Shown in pieces: positions 31,821-42,514 of a DNA stretch of 64,000 bases; position 1 is the stretch's first letter; every line of letters begins with the position of its first letter. The notes beneath the pieces were generated by a model that made no database searches, had not been told where the DNA came from, and was given only the letters and a program-made list of their open reading frames with translations. Made by a program: the position numbers and the translations under genes. Source of the DNA: Candidatus Hydrothermarchaeum profundi (lineage in GTDB: Archaea > Hydrothermarchaeota > Hydrothermarchaeia > Hydrothermarchaeales > Hydrothermarchaeaceae); assembly GCA_002011125.2 (NCBI GenBank), contig MTMF02000009.1:1416989-1480988 (forward strand). Reading direction: 5' to 3'.

Positions 31821-32282
31821 ATGCCAGACTGGGTTTCGCATTTGCTATTAGGATATTTTGTAGCAACTCTATTAGGAATAAAAAATAAAAAGCCTGTATA
31901 TATTGGGGTGCTTTTGCCCGACGCTTTCAAGATATTTATACCGTTGATGACTCTTTTAGAGATTAATAATACGATATTAATGAACTTTTTTGCCCCTTAC
32001 CATACAGTAGTTGGAGTTTTTCTTTCCGGAATCATAGTTGCTAGCTTCTTTGAAAACCTAAAAACGGCATATATGGGCGTAATACTGGGGGCCTTCACAC
32101 ATCTTGTAGCTGATAGTTTTCTATATCCGTGGGGCACCAATATTTGGTTTTTATGGCCGCTGTGGCAGGGTGACCCAGGCACAGGAATCCTGTGGTCTGA
32201 CAGTTTTACTCCCTTATTTATAACTTCACTACTTTCTATTTTCGCCTTCACCTATAGAAAAGTAGTAGAATCCAAACTTTAA
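31821..32282 (+). CDS. Membrane-bound metal-dependent hydrolase-like protein
   Basis: MPDWVSH, LLPD, YHT, THLVAD, FLWPL. Confidence 0.75.
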   Translation: MPDWVSHLLLGYFVATLLGIKNKKPVYIGVLLPDAFKIFIPLMTLLEINNTILMNFFAPYHTVVGVFLSGIIVASFFENLKTAYMGVILGAFTHLVADSFLYPWGTNIWFLWPLWQGDPGTGILWSDSFTPLFITSLLSIFAFTYRKVVESKL

Positions 32283-32331
32283 GTGAAAATTATTTAAATA
32301 TCCTACAATGGAATTGGAAAAAGGTGATAGT

Positions 32332-33447
32332 TTGAGCTATAAAGTATTAGTTACCGGAGGAGCAGGATTTATAGGATCCCATATAGTTGATAAACTGGTC
32401 GATGAAGGACATGAGGTAACAATAATCGATAATTTGGAGCCCCAAGTACATCCTAAAGGCGCTCCAGAGTATGTTAATAGAGAAGCAAAGTTTATTTTAG
32501 GCGATGTGAGAGACAGGGAAAAAATAGAGGAGTTAGTTGAAGATTCTGATGTTATATTTCATGAGGCCGCTATGGTAGGAGTCGGACAGAGTATGTACCA
32601 GATAGAGAAGTATCTTGAAACTAATGTAATAGGCACTGGCCGACTTTTAGAAATTCTGGCTAACAAAGAGCACAATGTAAAAAAACTTGTCGTAGCCTCT
32701 TCTATGAGCATATATGGCGAAGGAAAGTATGAATGTGAAAATTGTGGGGTAGTCTATCCAAAACTAAGGTCAGAGGAGCAGCTTAAAAAAGGAGATTGGG
32801 AGATGAACTGTCCCGCTTGTGGAAATAAAGTGTTGCCCCTTCCTACGGATGAAGACAAACCGCTATTTCCTACATCAGTTTATGCTGTATCAAAAAGAGA
32901 TCAAGAAGAAATTTGTCTCGCTGTTGGAAAGGCGTATGGTATTCCAACTGTGGCATTGCGCTATTTTAATGTCTATGGTTCAAGACAAAGTCTTTCAAAT
33001 CCCTATACCGGTGTGTGTGCAATATTTTCCTCGAGGGTAAGAAATAATCGGCCACCCATAATATTTGAAGATGGTCTACAAACGAGGGACTTTATTGATG
33101 TAAGGGACATTGTTCAGGCTAATATGCTTGCATTAGAGAAATCTAAAGCTAATTATAACGCCTTTAACGTCGGTACGGGTAAAGCCACTTCTATTCTTGA
33201 GATAGCTAGAATTATAGCAGAACTTTATGAATCGAAATTAAAACCTGAGATAGTCAACAAATATCGGGCGGGGGATATACGGCATTGTTTCGCAAATATT
33301 TCTAAAATAAGGAAAATAGGATTTAAACCAAGTATTGAACTAAAAGACGGAATGAGGAACCTAGCTGCTTGGGGTGAGAGAGAAGAGGCTATAGATAAAT
33401 TTGATGAAGCGCATACAGAACTTCAACGTAGGGGATTGGTATTGTGA
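32332..33447 (+). CDS. NAD-dependent nucleotide-sugar epimerase/dehydratase with Cys-rich insert
   Basis: GGAGFIGS, SSMSIYGEG, CENC..CPAC insert, YAVSK, RYFNVYG; TTG 32332 behind AGGTGA. Confidence 0.93.
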   Translation: MSYKVLVTGGAGFIGSHIVDKLVDEGHEVTIIDNLEPQVHPKGAPEYVNREAKFILGDVRDREKIEELVEDSDVIFHEAAMVGVGQSMYQIEKYLETNVIGTGRLLEILANKEHNVKKLVVASSMSIYGEGKYECENCGVVYPKLRSEEQLKKGDWEMNCPACGNKVLPLPTDEDKPLFPTSVYAVSKRDQEEICLAVGKAYGIPTVALRYFNVYGSRQSLSNPYTGVCAIFSSRVRNNRPPIIFEDGLQTRDFIDVRDIVQANMLALEKSKANYNAFNVGTGKATSILEIARIIAELYESKLKPEIVNKYRAGDIRHCFANISKIRKIGFKPSIELKDGMRNLAAWGEREEAIDKFDEAHTELQRRGLVL

Positions 33448-34508
33448 ATAGAATCTTAATAACTGGGGGCGGAGGTTTTATTGGTTCACATGCAGCTGCA
33501 TATTTCGCAAGTGAAGGTAATAAGGTCATTGTATTTGATAATTTGTCAAGGTGGCAGTTTCTTAAAAGCAATGAACGGAGAAAAGAAATTGCGTTATATA
33601 ATTGGAATTACCTAAAGAAATTCGATAATGTTAGATTTATAAAAGGAGATATAAGAAAAAAGCAGGAAATAGAAAAGGCAGCGGAGAAGGTGAATGCTAT
33701 AATACACACAGCTGCTCAAGCCGCTGTAACATATTCCTTTGAGGATCGTAGAGCTGATTTCGAGATAAACGCACTTGGAACTCTTAACGTCCTTGAGGCT
33801 GCAAGAAAATCTAAAGAGAAGCCAGCTGTTATTTACTGCTCTACGAATAAGGTCTATGGGGAGAATGTGAATAAAATTGGTGTAGAAGAAAAAAATGGTC
33901 GGTATGTTTTTCCAACTAAGTATTCGAGAGGTATACCGGAGGATTTCCCAATAGACGGCTGTGGGCATACTCCGTATGGTTGCTCTAAACTGGCAGGAGA
34001 CCTCTATGTACAAGATTATGGTAAGCGTGGAGAGGTAAATAGTGCTATATTTCGAATGGGTTGCATCTATGGTACGAGACAATTTGGAAGCGAGGATCAG
34101 GGATGGGTAGCTCATTTTGTGATTTCGGCGATAAAAGAGAAACCCATAACTATATACGGTGATGGTAAGCAGGTGCGAGATGTTCTATATGTTACTGATT
34201 TAATCAATCTTTTTAAAAAGTTTCTAGACAGGAGAGAAGAATATTTTGGCGAAGTCTTCAATGTGGGCGGGGGGCCTGATAATACTCTTTCTCTCCTAGA
34301 GCTACTACGGATGTTAGAAGAGAAGATTGGGAAAAAACCCACAGTCAACTATTCTGACTGGAGGCCTAGTGATCAAAAAGTATATGTATCTAATATCTCA
34401 AAAGTTAATAGAAAACTAGGATGGAAGCCGAAGGTTGGGGTAGAGGAGGGAGTAGATAATCTAATATCTTTCTTTAAGGAGAATAAAGATATATTGGAGA
34501 AGATTTAG
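33444..34508 (+). CDS. NAD-dependent epimerase, CDP-paratose 2-epimerase (RfbE)-like
   Basis: GGGGFIGS, STNKVYG, TPYGCSK, FRMGCIYG, DQGWVAHF, WRPSDQ. Confidence 0.9.
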   Translation: MNRILITGGGGFIGSHAAAYFASEGNKVIVFDNLSRWQFLKSNERRKEIALYNWNYLKKFDNVRFIKGDIRKKQEIEKAAEKVNAIIHTAAQAAVTYSFEDRRADFEINALGTLNVLEAARKSKEKPAVIYCSTNKVYGENVNKIGVEEKNGRYVFPTKYSRGIPEDFPIDGCGHTPYGCSKLAGDLYVQDYGKRGEVNSAIFRMGCIYGTRQFGSEDQGWVAHFVISAIKEKPITIYGDGKQVRDVLYVTDLINLFKKFLDRREEYFGEVFNVGGGPDNTLSLLELLRMLEEKIGKKPTVNYSDWRPSDQKVYVSNISKVNRKLGWKPKVGVEEGVDNLISFFKENKDILEKI

Positions 34509-34557
34509 CTCTTAAATAGAGAGATAAATCTATTAATACCTAATACTATAATTTATC

Positions 34558-36594
34558 ATGGAATTAAAGTCCCTTTTGAGGGATAAAAGAGAATATATTT
34601 TATTATTAGCAGTATTCTTAATTGCTATTGCTCTTAGGCTGATTACAGCGAAATATGATAGGCTCCTCGGCGCCGATCCTTGGAGGCATTTAAAGATCGC
34701 TGAGCTGTTACTAGAAACAGGGGAATTTCCTCTTTTTTACTCATATACCTTCTATCCTAGAGTTAGTCTTATTGGCTCTTATTCTGGGCTTTATTATCTG
34801 CCGGTGTACATCTACAAAATATTAGAGGTTTTTGAAGTTTCTTTTTTCAAAGTTTTCCAGCTACTACCAGCCATATTCGGAGCTTTGAGTGTAGCTCCAT
34901 TATACATGCTTGTAAAAGAACTATTTGATAAAAGAGTTGGATTACTCTCTGCGTTGTTGATTGCGATATCTCCTGCGAATCTAGAAAGGAGCCTTGCCGG
35001 ATATTACAGAGGTGACGTATTTATGGTTTTTTTTATGCTTTTAGCGTTCTATTTTTTTGTAATCTCCGTCAAAAGAAACATAGTGTTCTCACTTTTAAGC
35101 GGAATTTTTCTTTTTGTATGCAATCTATTTTGGGATGGCTGGCCTTTTGCCTTTGTCGTGATTTCATTAGCGTTTGTCTTAGGAATAATCTTTAACTATT
35201 TTAAATCCCTATCTTCTAAGAATTTAATAATCGTTTATATAGTATCTTTCACTCTTGGACTATCTCTTATATACATTTATAAGCAGCATTTTTATCAATA
35301 TACGATATGGCATCTTTTAAAGCCTCAGGTAATTTCTGTGGGTAAATTGTTTTTACTCAGTCTACTTGTAGTTTTACTCGAGCCCCTTAATAGGCTTACT
35401 CTACGTAAAAAGGCTCAGATAAAAATGGTTCTTTTTTTCCTTGTTTTAGTGCTCACATCTGCCCTCGCTTATTATTTTGGTTTACTACATAATGTTTTAA
35501 GATTCGCGGATACTCTTATACATTGGAGTACGGGGGTAGAGTCAGCCTCCACATATAGTAAAAATATCACTGAAATGCAAAAAATCACATTGAGCTACTT
35601 ATTTAGGGTCTACTATTTTCCTATACTCCTTCTTCCCTTAGGGTTATTTTCAATTATTCGAAAGCTCGATTTTGGGTCTGTTTTTACGATAGGGTTGTTT
35701 TTTACATCTGTACTGACTTTTATATGGATAGTTAGGTTTACTTTTTTAGCTTCACCTGCTGTGCTAATATTGCTCGCAATAGGAATCGCATCTCTGCCGA
35801 GTAGACGAAAAATAGTTCCCTTCTTCTTGTCATTGCTATTTGCTTCTACTGCCGTTTATTCGTTAGGATTTACATCGGAAGTGGAGCCGTTAATTTATCC
35901 TGAGTTATATCAAGCTTTAAACTGGATTAGGGAAAATACTCCCGATGATGCAGTTATAGGAACATGGTGGCATTATACTGGAGCTGTAAACGCCATAGCG
36001 GATAGAAGGGTGCCAGAGCTAACTACTCCAACCACTATAACACGTGGGTTCGCAACTTTATTATGTACGGATGATGAAGATGAAGCAATAGAAATTGCCA
36101 TTTCACGAGGATTAGATTACATAATCGTTGATAGAGGGCTTTATTTATTATGGAACGTGATTCTAAATTACTGTGATGCTGGGAACCACATTCTTAGAGA
36201 CTCAATGCTAAGCAAGTTTTACAAAGAAGAAAGATTACATAATTTCCGTTTAGAATACAGCAATAACAAAGTTAGGGTATATGCGCCTGTTTATCACTAC
36301 GCTAAGTTTAGGGTGATCAGTGACAAGTTTATCTATAAAGCTGGTCAAAAAATCATTCTCACTTTAAATGGACGTTCCAATATTAGGGAGGTAGGAGATA
36401 TAAAATCAGAGATCAACATTATAGACAGCGAGGATAACTCGGTATTTAGGAAAATTCTTAATCTTAATTTAAACGAGTCTACCACTATGGATATCTCAAT
36501 GAACCTTCCTAAAGGCCGATATAGAGTTAATGTAAATGTCTACGTAGATAAAAGGTATCTCGGTTGGGCTTACACTACATTTGTGGTGATGTAG
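34558..36594 (+). CDS. STT3/AglB-like oligosaccharyltransferase with variant WWHYT motif
   Basis: LLGADPWRHL, SLAGYYRGD, NITEMQ, WIRENTPDDAVIGTWWHYTG; many TM helices plus a C-terminal soluble domain. Confidence 0.85.
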   Translation: MELKSLLRDKREYILLLAVFLIAIALRLITAKYDRLLGADPWRHLKIAELLLETGEFPLFYSYTFYPRVSLIGSYSGLYYLPVYIYKILEVFEVSFFKVFQLLPAIFGALSVAPLYMLVKELFDKRVGLLSALLIAISPANLERSLAGYYRGDVFMVFFMLLAFYFFVISVKRNIVFSLLSGIFLFVCNLFWDGWPFAFVVISLAFVLGIIFNYFKSLSSKNLIIVYIVSFTLGLSLIYIYKQHFYQYTIWHLLKPQVISVGKLFLLSLLVVLLEPLNRLTLRKKAQIKMVLFFLVLVLTSALAYYFGLLHNVLRFADTLIHWSTGVESASTYSKNITEMQKITLSYLFRVYYFPILLLPLGLFSIIRKLDFGSVFTIGLFFTSVLTFIWIVRFTFLASPAVLILLAIGIASLPSRRKIVPFFLSLLFASTAVYSLGFTSEVEPLIYPELYQALNWIRENTPDDAVIGTWWHYTGAVNAIADRRVPELTTPTTITRGFATLLCTDDEDEAIEIAISRGLDYIIVDRGLYLLWNVILNYCDAGNHILRDSMLSKFYKEERLHNFRLEYSNNKVRVYAPVYHYAKFRVISDKFIYKAGQKIILTLNGRSNIREVGDIKSEINIIDSEDNSVFRKILNLNLNESTTMDISMNLPKGRYRVNVNVYVDKRYLGWAYTTFVVM

Positions 36595-36595
36595 T

Positions 36596-36994
36596 TTGAA
36601 ATACGAATATGTTATCATTTTGACAACAATTTCAATATTTATTTTAGGTATAGCTTTGCATCCTGCTCCAAAAGAGAGATTTACAATTTTACATTTTACA
36701 GAGCCGATGTCTTTGCAAGAGATAATCAAAATAAATCAACCATTTTATGTGAATTTTACTGTTATTAATCATGAGTATGCGGATCATGAATATCGATATG
36801 AGATATTGTTAGGTGATAAAAAGATCAAAGAGGGCACTATAGCTTTATCTCATAATGAGTCTAAAGAAGTTTCGGAAACAATAATTGCAAAGGAACCAAA
36901 AAATAGAACAATGGTATCTATTCGGCTGTACAAAGACGGTTTGAGCACTCCTTACCGAAGCCTTAGATATCTTGTGAATATTACTGAGGGATAA
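36596..36994 (+). CDS. DUF1616-like protein (single TM plus Ig-like domain)
   Basis: P.PKERFT, VINHE...YRYEI, L.HNES, PYRSL. Confidence 0.7.
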   Translation: MKYEYVIILTTISIFILGIALHPAPKERFTILHFTEPMSLQEIIKINQPFYVNFTVINHEYADHEYRYEILLGDKKIKEGTIALSHNESKEVSETIIAKEPKNRTMVSIRLYKDGLSTPYRSLRYLVNITEG

Positions 36995-36995
36995 A

Positions 36996-38180
36996 ATGAA
37001 GATAGCATTGATACATGAGTCGCCTTACACGCCAGGCAAATGGAGGAGGTTTGACCTACTTTACAAGTACTTAAAGGAGCATGGGCGTCAAGTTAAAATT
37101 ATTGCATTTTCAGACTCGGAGCCAAGGATAGATGATCTGATAAATATACAGCTTCCACCATTACATAGAATGATCGGTACTTTTTTTTATTTCTTAACTC
37201 TGCGTTATCTATCAAATCCAGTCCGGCTCTTTAAATGTTGTCTAGAATTGAGAAGAATTCGACCTGATGTTATCTTATTCCATTATTATGATCTCGGACT
37301 TTTTCTGATTTCATTTAGATTCTTGTTTAAACAGTCGATCTTAGTATACGATCTTAATGACCTAAATATTAGGATGAGATATTATAAAAAAGATAAAAAA
37401 CTCTTATTTAGAATTTTTGCATGGATTGAAGAGGTCTTTATTCCAAAAAAAGTAGATAAGGTGATAACTCCTACAGATTTTGGAAAAAAATACCTTATAG
37501 ATAAGGGGATAACTCCAGAAAAAATCTTTGTATTAAATGAATTGGTCGATAGGGGGTCTTTTTACGATGGCGAGGCGCAGAGGAGTAGACTGACTTCTTT
37601 TATAAATCCTAAACGGGAGAAGATTGTCATATGGCATGGAGTTATACGCCATTATCAAGTAGATGCAATTGTCACTATAATGAAGGGCATGTCCCTTGCT
37701 CAGAAAGAAATTCAAAATCTAAAACTTTTAATAGCTGGGCCTATTGAAGACATGAGTTCTAAAGAAAAACTATTTTCTCTGGCAAATCAACTGAAAATAA
37801 GTGTAAAGTTCACTGGCAGAGTTCCTGCCTCGCAGATACCGAGTATATTAAATTCTGCCCATATAGGCGTACAAGCTCTACCAAATGAACTTTTTTTGAG
37901 GTATATAAATGGAGTCAAACTTGCAGAATATATCTGTGCTGGTTTGCCCGTCTTATGCTCAAATTTGGAAGGACCCGCAGAGCTGGTGAGAGGAAATGGC
38001 TTTTTGTTTAAACCAAACGACTCTGAGGATCTAGCAGATAAACTGCTAAAGATTCTCAGGAGCGATTACCAACAATTAATAGAGAGTTCTAACAGAATCG
38101 CAGAGGAGGAGTTTTCTGAAAAGGCGATTAGAAGAAAAATAAGAGAAATGGAGAGATTTTTGAAATGGTCAGTGACATAG
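36996..38180 (+). CDS. GT4-type glycosyltransferase
   Basis: FTGRVP, KLAEYICAGLPV, GFLFKPND. Confidence 0.88.
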   Translation: MKIALIHESPYTPGKWRRFDLLYKYLKEHGRQVKIIAFSDSEPRIDDLINIQLPPLHRMIGTFFYFLTLRYLSNPVRLFKCCLELRRIRPDVILFHYYDLGLFLISFRFLFKQSILVYDLNDLNIRMRYYKKDKKLLFRIFAWIEEVFIPKKVDKVITPTDFGKKYLIDKGITPEKIFVLNELVDRGSFYDGEAQRSRLTSFINPKREKIVIWHGVIRHYQVDAIVTIMKGMSLAQKEIQNLKLLIAGPIEDMSSKEKLFSLANQLKISVKFTGRVPASQIPSILNSAHIGVQALPNELFLRYINGVKLAEYICAGLPVLCSNLEGPAELVRGNGFLFKPNDSEDLADKLLKILRSDYQQLIESSNRIAEEEFSEKAIRRKIREMERFLKWSVT

Positions 38181-38265
38181 AGCTTGGTAGTAGTATAGTT
38201 AGCCTAACCTATATTCCTTCAAAATACTCAGCGAAAATTGAAAGTCTTTATGGGATTGTTATAAG

Positions 38266-39741
38266 GTGAGGATATTGAGTAATATAACTTCAAGACTCGT
38301 ACGTGGGACTAAGTATTCTTTTTTAAGTTTAGTTATCGTTACATTAATCACAAGCATTCAGTCTATAATAGTTGCAAGATTATTAGGTCCTGAGAATCTA
38401 GGAATATTCACAATACTCAATAATTTACAAGGCACCGTAGCATTACTGGCGACTTTTGGCATTCCCGCAGCTACTATAAAATTTGTTGCTGAGTTTAATG
38501 CTACAGATAGGACAACTCTCGAAAGAGCGATTTCCACTTCTTTTTTTTTAATATCACCTATCGCAATATTGATCTCAATCATTTATTTTTTAAGTGCAAA
38601 GATCATCGCTCTCCGACTCTATCATGAGCAGATTTTAGTTGCATTAATAATGGTCTCAGCTATAACCGTTGTTATTCTATCTATGTTCTCCCCCCTTCAA
38701 TCAATCTTACAAGGATTTCATAAAATAGAGCTTTTCTCAAGGTTGAACATCCTGAATTCTTTTATCTCTCTTCCTATCATTATATATTTTGTATTTAAGT
38801 ATGGGTTGATTGGAGCTGTTATCGGGGCCCTTATCACTGCAGTGATCAAAACAGCGATAAATTTTAGATTTGTTTATAAAGTCCTGAAAGAAAAAAAAGT
38901 TAACTTTCAATTTAATATTGATCAAAAAATAGCTAAAAAAATGTTGAATTATGGTTTTCCTACTCTTTTATCAGGCATCGTCGTTATTCCTGCTTTTTGG
39001 TTTGCCAACACAACCTTAGCACTTAAAAGCGGATTTGGGCAAGTAGGATTATTCGGAGTAGCGAAAACCTTGTCAAATTTTCTAATGTTTATCCCCTCTG
39101 CAATTGCTGTTCCTTTAGTGCCTTTAATTTCAGAACTCCATGCCATTGATCCGAGAGAAATGTCGAACTTAGTTTCAAGGATCTTTAGATTAGTTGGATT
39201 ATTTCTATTACCTCTAGTTTTAATATTAGGTCTATATTCTAGAAATATAATTTCTATAGTATATGGAGATCAATTTTATGATGCGTGGTATATCCTGTTC
39301 TTCATGGCTTTTACAACATTTCTTATAGCTCTTGGATCTATTATAGGATATGTGATGTTAGGAATAGGGAAGATGTGGGAAGCATTTGCTGTAAATCTGT
39401 TTTGGATGAGTGTGTTCATTCCTTCATCATATTTCCTTGTACTGAACTATAGTTTAGACGGGCTAGGATACGCCTATCTTCTTTCCTATATATTATTTAC
39501 TGCATTGGTAATGATTTATGGTACTAAAAAATTAAATATAAAATTTAAAAATTTGGAACCGTTAGTAATATTCAGTACTTCATCTTTTGTACTAAGTTTT
39601 TTTATTCTAAGTTACCTAAGTGGTATTTTATTTTATATCTCATCTTTAGTATTTTTAATCGGTTTGATTTGCCTTGAATACGCAACATTAGTAAAAGAAG
39701 ACAAAGAATTGTTGTTTAAAAGTATTCGGGGTCTCTTATGA
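38266..39741 (+). CDS. Wzx/MurJ-like oligosaccharide flippase
   Basis: IIVARLLGPENLG, many TM helices, LVPLISEL, IVYGDQF. Confidence 0.9.
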   Translation: MRILSNITSRLVRGTKYSFLSLVIVTLITSIQSIIVARLLGPENLGIFTILNNLQGTVALLATFGIPAATIKFVAEFNATDRTTLERAISTSFFLISPIAILISIIYFLSAKIIALRLYHEQILVALIMVSAITVVILSMFSPLQSILQGFHKIELFSRLNILNSFISLPIIIYFVFKYGLIGAVIGALITAVIKTAINFRFVYKVLKEKKVNFQFNIDQKIAKKMLNYGFPTLLSGIVVIPAFWFANTTLALKSGFGQVGLFGVAKTLSNFLMFIPSAIAVPLVPLISELHAIDPREMSNLVSRIFRLVGLFLLPLVLILGLYSRNIISIVYGDQFYDAWYILFFMAFTTFLIALGSIIGYVMLGIGKMWEAFAVNLFWMSVFIPSSYFLVLNYSLDGLGYAYLLSYILFTALVMIYGTKKLNIKFKNLEPLVIFSTSSFVLSFFILSYLSGILFYISSLVFLIGLICLEYATLVKEDKELLFKSIRGLL

Positions 39742-40484
39742 AACTATTGAGCAATGATGTAAAAAACTATTTTAAGAAACATGGAACAGTTTCTAGTTGG
39801 TGGAATCCTGAGGAAGGTGAACTCAAATTTCATTATGAAAAAGAGATCATAATACTAGAAGAGAATTTTGAGATACAGTCTAATTGGTCTGTACTCGATG
39901 TAGGAACGGGGAGAGGTAGATTCGCGATTTGGTTTGCAAAAAGAGGCTGTAAAGTCACTGCTTTAGACATTAGCGAAGAGATGTTAGAGATAGCAAGAAA
40001 AAATGCCAAATTAGAGGGAGTCCAGGAAAAAATAGATTTTGTTTTAGGAGATGCTGAGGATTTATCTAACGTCGGAAAGGAGTTTAATGTTGTTTGTTGT
40101 ATGGAACTTTTCGATCATCTCCCAAATCTAGACAAGGCCGTTAGAAAGATGGCTAATAAACTTGTTACAGGTGGATATTTCTTGTTTACATATGTATCTG
40201 AGGACTCGGTTTATTGGAAACTTGCTAATAGAGCTTCTAAATCGAATCTTGCAAGAGCGTACAATACCAATTATCTCCTAAAAATCTTAAATGGTAATAA
40301 TATAAAAGTAGTTAATCTATTTGGAGTTGGCTTACTTTTTCCTGTTAGAATAATCTACCACCTTTTCATACCAATTTGGATGTGTAAACTTGAAAAAAAA
40401 TTAAAGCCATATTATCATCATCCTTTTTTTGTTAAGAGATGCACCCATGTGTTGGGAATAGGGGTTAAAATGTGTAAAAGATGA
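39738..40484 (+). CDS. Class I SAM-dependent methyltransferase
   Basis: VLDVGTGRG, ALDISEEML, GDAEDL. Confidence 0.9.
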   Translation: MKLLSNDVKNYFKKHGTVSSWWNPEEGELKFHYEKEIIILEENFEIQSNWSVLDVGTGRGRFAIWFAKRGCKVTALDISEEMLEIARKNAKLEGVQEKIDFVLGDAEDLSNVGKEFNVVCCMELFDHLPNLDKAVRKMANKLVTGGYFLFTYVSEDSVYWKLANRASKSNLARAYNTNYLLKILNGNNIKVVNLFGVGLLFPVRIIYHLFIPIWMCKLEKKLKPYYHHPFFVKRCTHVLGIGVKMCKR

Positions 40485-40488
40485 TGTA

Positions 40489-41235
40489 ATGGAGGATAAT
40501 TTTTTGAAGTCAAACCACTCTCAGCGGAGTACAAAAGTGTGGGATGATTTTTGGAGAAATCATGAAGCTTCCGAATGGGATAGCATTTCTCAATTAGTAT
40601 TTAATGTACTATTAAAAGAGATTTTTGATTTCAAAAATAAGAAAATCCTCGAAGCTGGAAGCGGTTCCGGGCGAATATCATTAAAAGTTGCAGAGAAAGG
40701 TGCTAAAGTCTTTCTGTTAGATTATTCTGAAAGCGCAGTTACACTAAGCAAAAGAAATTCTTCAAAGAAAAAGATTAAATCAGAAATTGTACGTGCTTCT
40801 ATCTTTAACATTCCTTTTAAAGAAAATGTCTTTGATATTGTTTGGAACGCAGGCGTTTTAGAACATTTTTCTGAGGAGAAACAAATTAAGGCGTTAGAAG
40901 AAATGAGAGCCGTTTGCAAAAAAAAAGGCAAAATTATTACTATGAATCCTTATGTGCGTGCTTATTTTTACAGACTTGGTAAATGGTATGCAAAAAGAAC
41001 AGGAAAATGGGAAGTTGGCTACGAAAAACCTATTAAAACGTTAGGAAAAAAGTTAGAAGATTTAGACATTAAAATTAAAAACGAATATAATACCGGATTT
41101 ATGGAGTCGGTAGACTTTTTAGGATATATCCCATACACTACTTATCTCACTCCCATTATTCGAAAATTAAAGAAGATCTTCACCTCTTTAGGAGTTGGAG
41201 GATACTTATTAATCACAGTTGGCGAGAAAAAATGA
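40489..41235 (+). CDS. Class I SAM-dependent methyltransferase
   Basis: ILEAGSGSG, LLDYS, FDIVWNAGVLEHF. Confidence 0.9.
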   Translation: MEDNFLKSNHSQRSTKVWDDFWRNHEASEWDSISQLVFNVLLKEIFDFKNKKILEAGSGSGRISLKVAEKGAKVFLLDYSESAVTLSKRNSSKKKIKSEIVRASIFNIPFKENVFDIVWNAGVLEHFSEEKQIKALEEMRAVCKKKGKIITMNPYVRAYFYRLGKWYAKRTGKWEVGYEKPIKTLGKKLEDLDIKIKNEYNTGFMESVDFLGYIPYTTYLTPIIRKLKKIFTSLGVGGYLLITVGEKK

Positions 41236-42449
41236 AAATCCTACTATTGACTATTTGGCCGTACCCCCATATTGGAGGGGGTTCAACGCATATGAGAGTC
41301 CTAGGCGAAGGACTTTCTAAGTTAGGATATGATGTTGATTATTTTTCACCATCATATTTTAATAAAAATATAAAGTTTTTCATTGGCGGAACTTTGCAGA
41401 TTTTGAAAAAGTTCGCTGGTAAAAAAGAGGCTTACATTGCTGTTGACATATTTTTTAAAAAAATATTTATGTCCTTGTATCTAGTTGTAAAACAAATAAA
41501 AAATGAATATACCATAATTAATGCTCAGGATGTGTGGAGTTACAATTCAACGTTTTTGATAAGAAAAATTTTTAGAGTTCCAGTATTACTAACTGTACAT
41601 ACATATTATACCTACGAAATTATTTCGGAAGGCTTAGTCAAAAATAACTCCTTTTCAATGAGATTCTTAATAGACGAAGAGCGGAAAGCATACAAATCAA
41701 CCGTGAAAATCATCAGCGTAGATAGGAAGATTAAGGAATATATCGTAAGTAAATTTAAAGTTTCTTCAGAAAAAATCAACGTAATAAAGAATTTTGTAAA
41801 TATAGATGAATTCTATCCTCAGAGCAGAAATAAATTACAAAAATATCAAAAAAAATTTAAAATTCCTAGCAACAAAAAAATTATACTCTGTGCGAGACGT
41901 TTAGTACCTAAAAATGGTGTCATATATGCTGCTTTCGCAGCCAAAATTTTAAAACAGAAATTAGGAGACACATTCGTCATTGTTTATGCTGGCGACGGTC
42001 CAGAAAAAATTAAAATTGAAGAGTATATTAAGAAAAATGATTTACAGTCTAATGTTATGTTTCTCGGCGCCATTCCACACAACGATATGAAATTTTTGTA
42101 TAACTTAGCAGATGTAGTGATAATTCCATCAGTTAATATAGCCGGCGTTGAGGAAGCAACATCTATTACTGCCTTGGAAGCTATGGCATCCGGCGTGCCT
42201 GTGATCGCATCGAGAATTGGAGGATTAGTAGAAATTATTGATAATGGAACAACCGGGTTCTTGGTAAAAGAAAGGGATCCTGAGGAATTGAGTAATAAAA
42301 TCATAGAAGTTCTGAATAGCGATATTAGCTCCATTTTATTAAATGCAAGAGAGAATATTGTTAAAAACTATTCTCATACAGAGAGAGCGAGGAAATTTTT
42401 AGGATATTATGAGGAGATTATCAGTCAAAATAACGATCGCTTGCGTTGA
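41232..42449 (+). CDS. GT4 glycosyltransferase
   Basis: PHIGG, RRLVPKNG, EEATSITALEAMASGVPV. Confidence 0.92.
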   Translation: MKILLLTIWPYPHIGGGSTHMRVLGEGLSKLGYDVDYFSPSYFNKNIKFFIGGTLQILKKFAGKKEAYIAVDIFFKKIFMSLYLVVKQIKNEYTIINAQDVWSYNSTFLIRKIFRVPVLLTVHTYYTYEIISEGLVKNNSFSMRFLIDEERKAYKSTVKIISVDRKIKEYIVSKFKVSSEKINVIKNFVNIDEFYPQSRNKLQKYQKKFKIPSNKKIILCARRLVPKNGVIYAAFAAKILKQKLGDTFVIVYAGDGPEKIKIEEYIKKNDLQSNVMFLGAIPHNDMKFLYNLADVVIIPSVNIAGVEEATSITALEAMASGVPVIASRIGGLVEIIDNGTTGFLVKERDPEELSNKIIEVLNSDISSILLNARENIVKNYSHTERARKFLGYYEEIISQNNDRLR

Positions 42450-42514
42450 TCTAGATAATTTAAGAAGAAGCGTATTATACCTACTTTCACATATATTCTT
42501 TCACAGAAATAATT

